Positions 62,823-64,000 of a stretch of 64,000 bases of DNA are shown here, one piece after another. Every line of letters begins with the position of its first letter. Within the stretch, counting starts at the first letter, position 1. The translations under genes were made by a program, and so were the position numbers. This stretch comes from Dehalococcoidia bacterium (GTDB lineage Bacteria > Chloroflexota > Dehalococcoidia > UBA2979), in the NCBI GenBank assembly GCA_965262725.1, contig OZ253555.1:3328001-3392000 (forward strand), given 5' to 3'. The notes beneath the pieces are model-generated. The model saw nothing but the letters and a program-made list of their open reading frames with translations. It was not told the origin of the DNA and did not search any database.

Positions 62823-63977
62823 TCAGCGGGCGCGAATGGCCGTGACTTCACGGAAGGGCCGGGCCGACGGCATGGGAATGCCGTCGAGCGTCCACGGTGC
62901 CCGCTGGTAGCGGACCGTGCCGAGGGTCGGGTGATTCATCTCGGCGAAGAGAGCCAGAGCCTTGATCTGGGGGTGGTGGTAGAGCTGTTGATAGTCGTTC
63001 GCGAGTACGCAGTTGCCGCCGTACTTCATGAAGATGTCGGAGACTTGCTCTGCCGTGAATCTGCTGAAGGCCTCCTCCCAGATCGGTTTGGCCAGCATCG
63101 GAATCTCGCCCGTGTCGACCGCACCGTTGCTGCCCCAGCCGAGCAGATACTCGGGAGGATGCTGGAAGAGCGGGTCTCTCAGGTAGCTGTCCATCCCCAA
63201 TTCCTTCATCAGGAGGGGCAGGTCCTCTGCCCGCGAAATCGGATTCACCAGGATCGGCTGATCCTTGGTCTTGTAGGGATGGTCCGGTGGCTTGAGGTAG
63301 CCGAAGAGATATCCGTTCCACTCGTCCGGATCGACGAGGCTCGTCCACTGGACCGCCCGCTGGTGGAGGAGTGCACCGAGTTCGCTGATCGCAATCCGCT
63401 GGCCGACTCCCGTTCGCCACTGGTCGTAGAGCGCCCCGAGGATCGCCTGGCAGGCGTAGAGGGACGTTCCCGCCGTCGCCATGTCCGCCCCGATTCGGAC
63501 CGGCTCTTCCCCGGGCTTCCCGAGGTGGCCCGTAAAGTCGCTCATCGCCTGGAAAATGAGCTCTGAACCGGGCTGATCGCGAAGCGGTCCCTCCTCCCCG
63601 AAGGGCGAGATGCTGCAGGTGATGATCGCGGGGTTGATCTGCTCCAGCGAGGCCTGATCCAGTCCCCATTGCCCGAGCCGGTCCTGCCCCTCCTCCTCGA
63701 TGAAGACATCGACATCGCGCAGCAGCGCTCTGAGCTCGTCCCGATCAGCCGGCTGCTCCAGGTCGATGCGCAGCCCCTCCTTGTTCCGATTGAGGTGGAA
63801 GAAAGTAGCGCCAACGTCGCCAAGCCTTGGTTCCCACCCACGCGTGTAGTCGCCCTCCGGCGGCTCGACCTTGATCACCCGTGCGCCGCACTCGGCGAGC
63901 ATCAGTGACGCGAAGGGCCCCGAGATTCCCTGAGTCATGTCGAGCACCGTGACCCCGTCGAGAACGCCGGTCGCCAT
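62823..63977 (-). CDS. family III CoA-transferase
   Basis: LAECGARVIKVEPP, NRNKE, PVRIG. Confidence 0.88.
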   Translation of the reverse strand: MATGVLDGVTVLDMTQGISGPFASLMLAECGARVIKVEPPEGDYTRGWEPRLGDVGATFFHLNRNKEGLRIDLEQPADRDELRALLRDVDVFIEEEGQDRLGQWGLDQASLEQINPAIITCSISPFGEEGPLRDQPGSELIFQAMSDFTGHLGKPGEEPVRIGADMATAGTSLYACQAILGALYDQWRTGVGQRIAISELGALLHQRAVQWTSLVDPDEWNGYLFGYLKPPDHPYKTKDQPILVNPISRAEDLPLLMKELGMDSYLRDPLFQHPPEYLLGWGSNGAVDTGEIPMLAKPIWEEAFSRFTAEQVSDIFMKYGGNCVLANDYQQLYHHPQIKALALFAEMNHPTLGTVRYQRAPWTLDGIPMPSARPFREVTAIRAR

Positions 63978-64000
63978 CGACCGGCGTGGACCGTGGTAGG

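Overview
Very GC-rich bacterial DNA; the gene content suggests Chloroflexota/Dehalococcoidia-like, possibly host-associated bacteria (inference only). Three parts. (1) 1-16.2 kb: catabolic genes (2 SDRs, 2 MFS, LLM monooxygenase, nitroreductase, RpiB, an IorAB-type 2Fe-2S plus Moco pair, 3 family III CoA-transferase genes, an orphan family-5 binding protein), ending at tRNA-Leu(CAA). (2) 16.3-57.1 kb: a ~40.7 kb genomic island integrated in that tRNA, bounded by a 57-bp direct repeat and with no integrase visible. The island is an array of paralogous giant secreted/surface protein genes and fragments, all on the minus strand. Four share a constant C-terminal module (WSDG repeats, cadherin-like sandwich, tandem Cys-containing domain) and two share a duplicated promoter. 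Every member is broken, by 2 IS256, 2 IS21, an IS1380 carrying a group II intron in its terminal repeat, a truncated second intron copy, an amber codon or deletions. A hairpin-dense noncoding segment lies at 35.3-35.65 kb. (3) 57.1-64 kb: MaoC dehydratase, CitE-like lyase, 3 CoA-transferases, a TatD-like hydrolase and an IS630-derived MITE.
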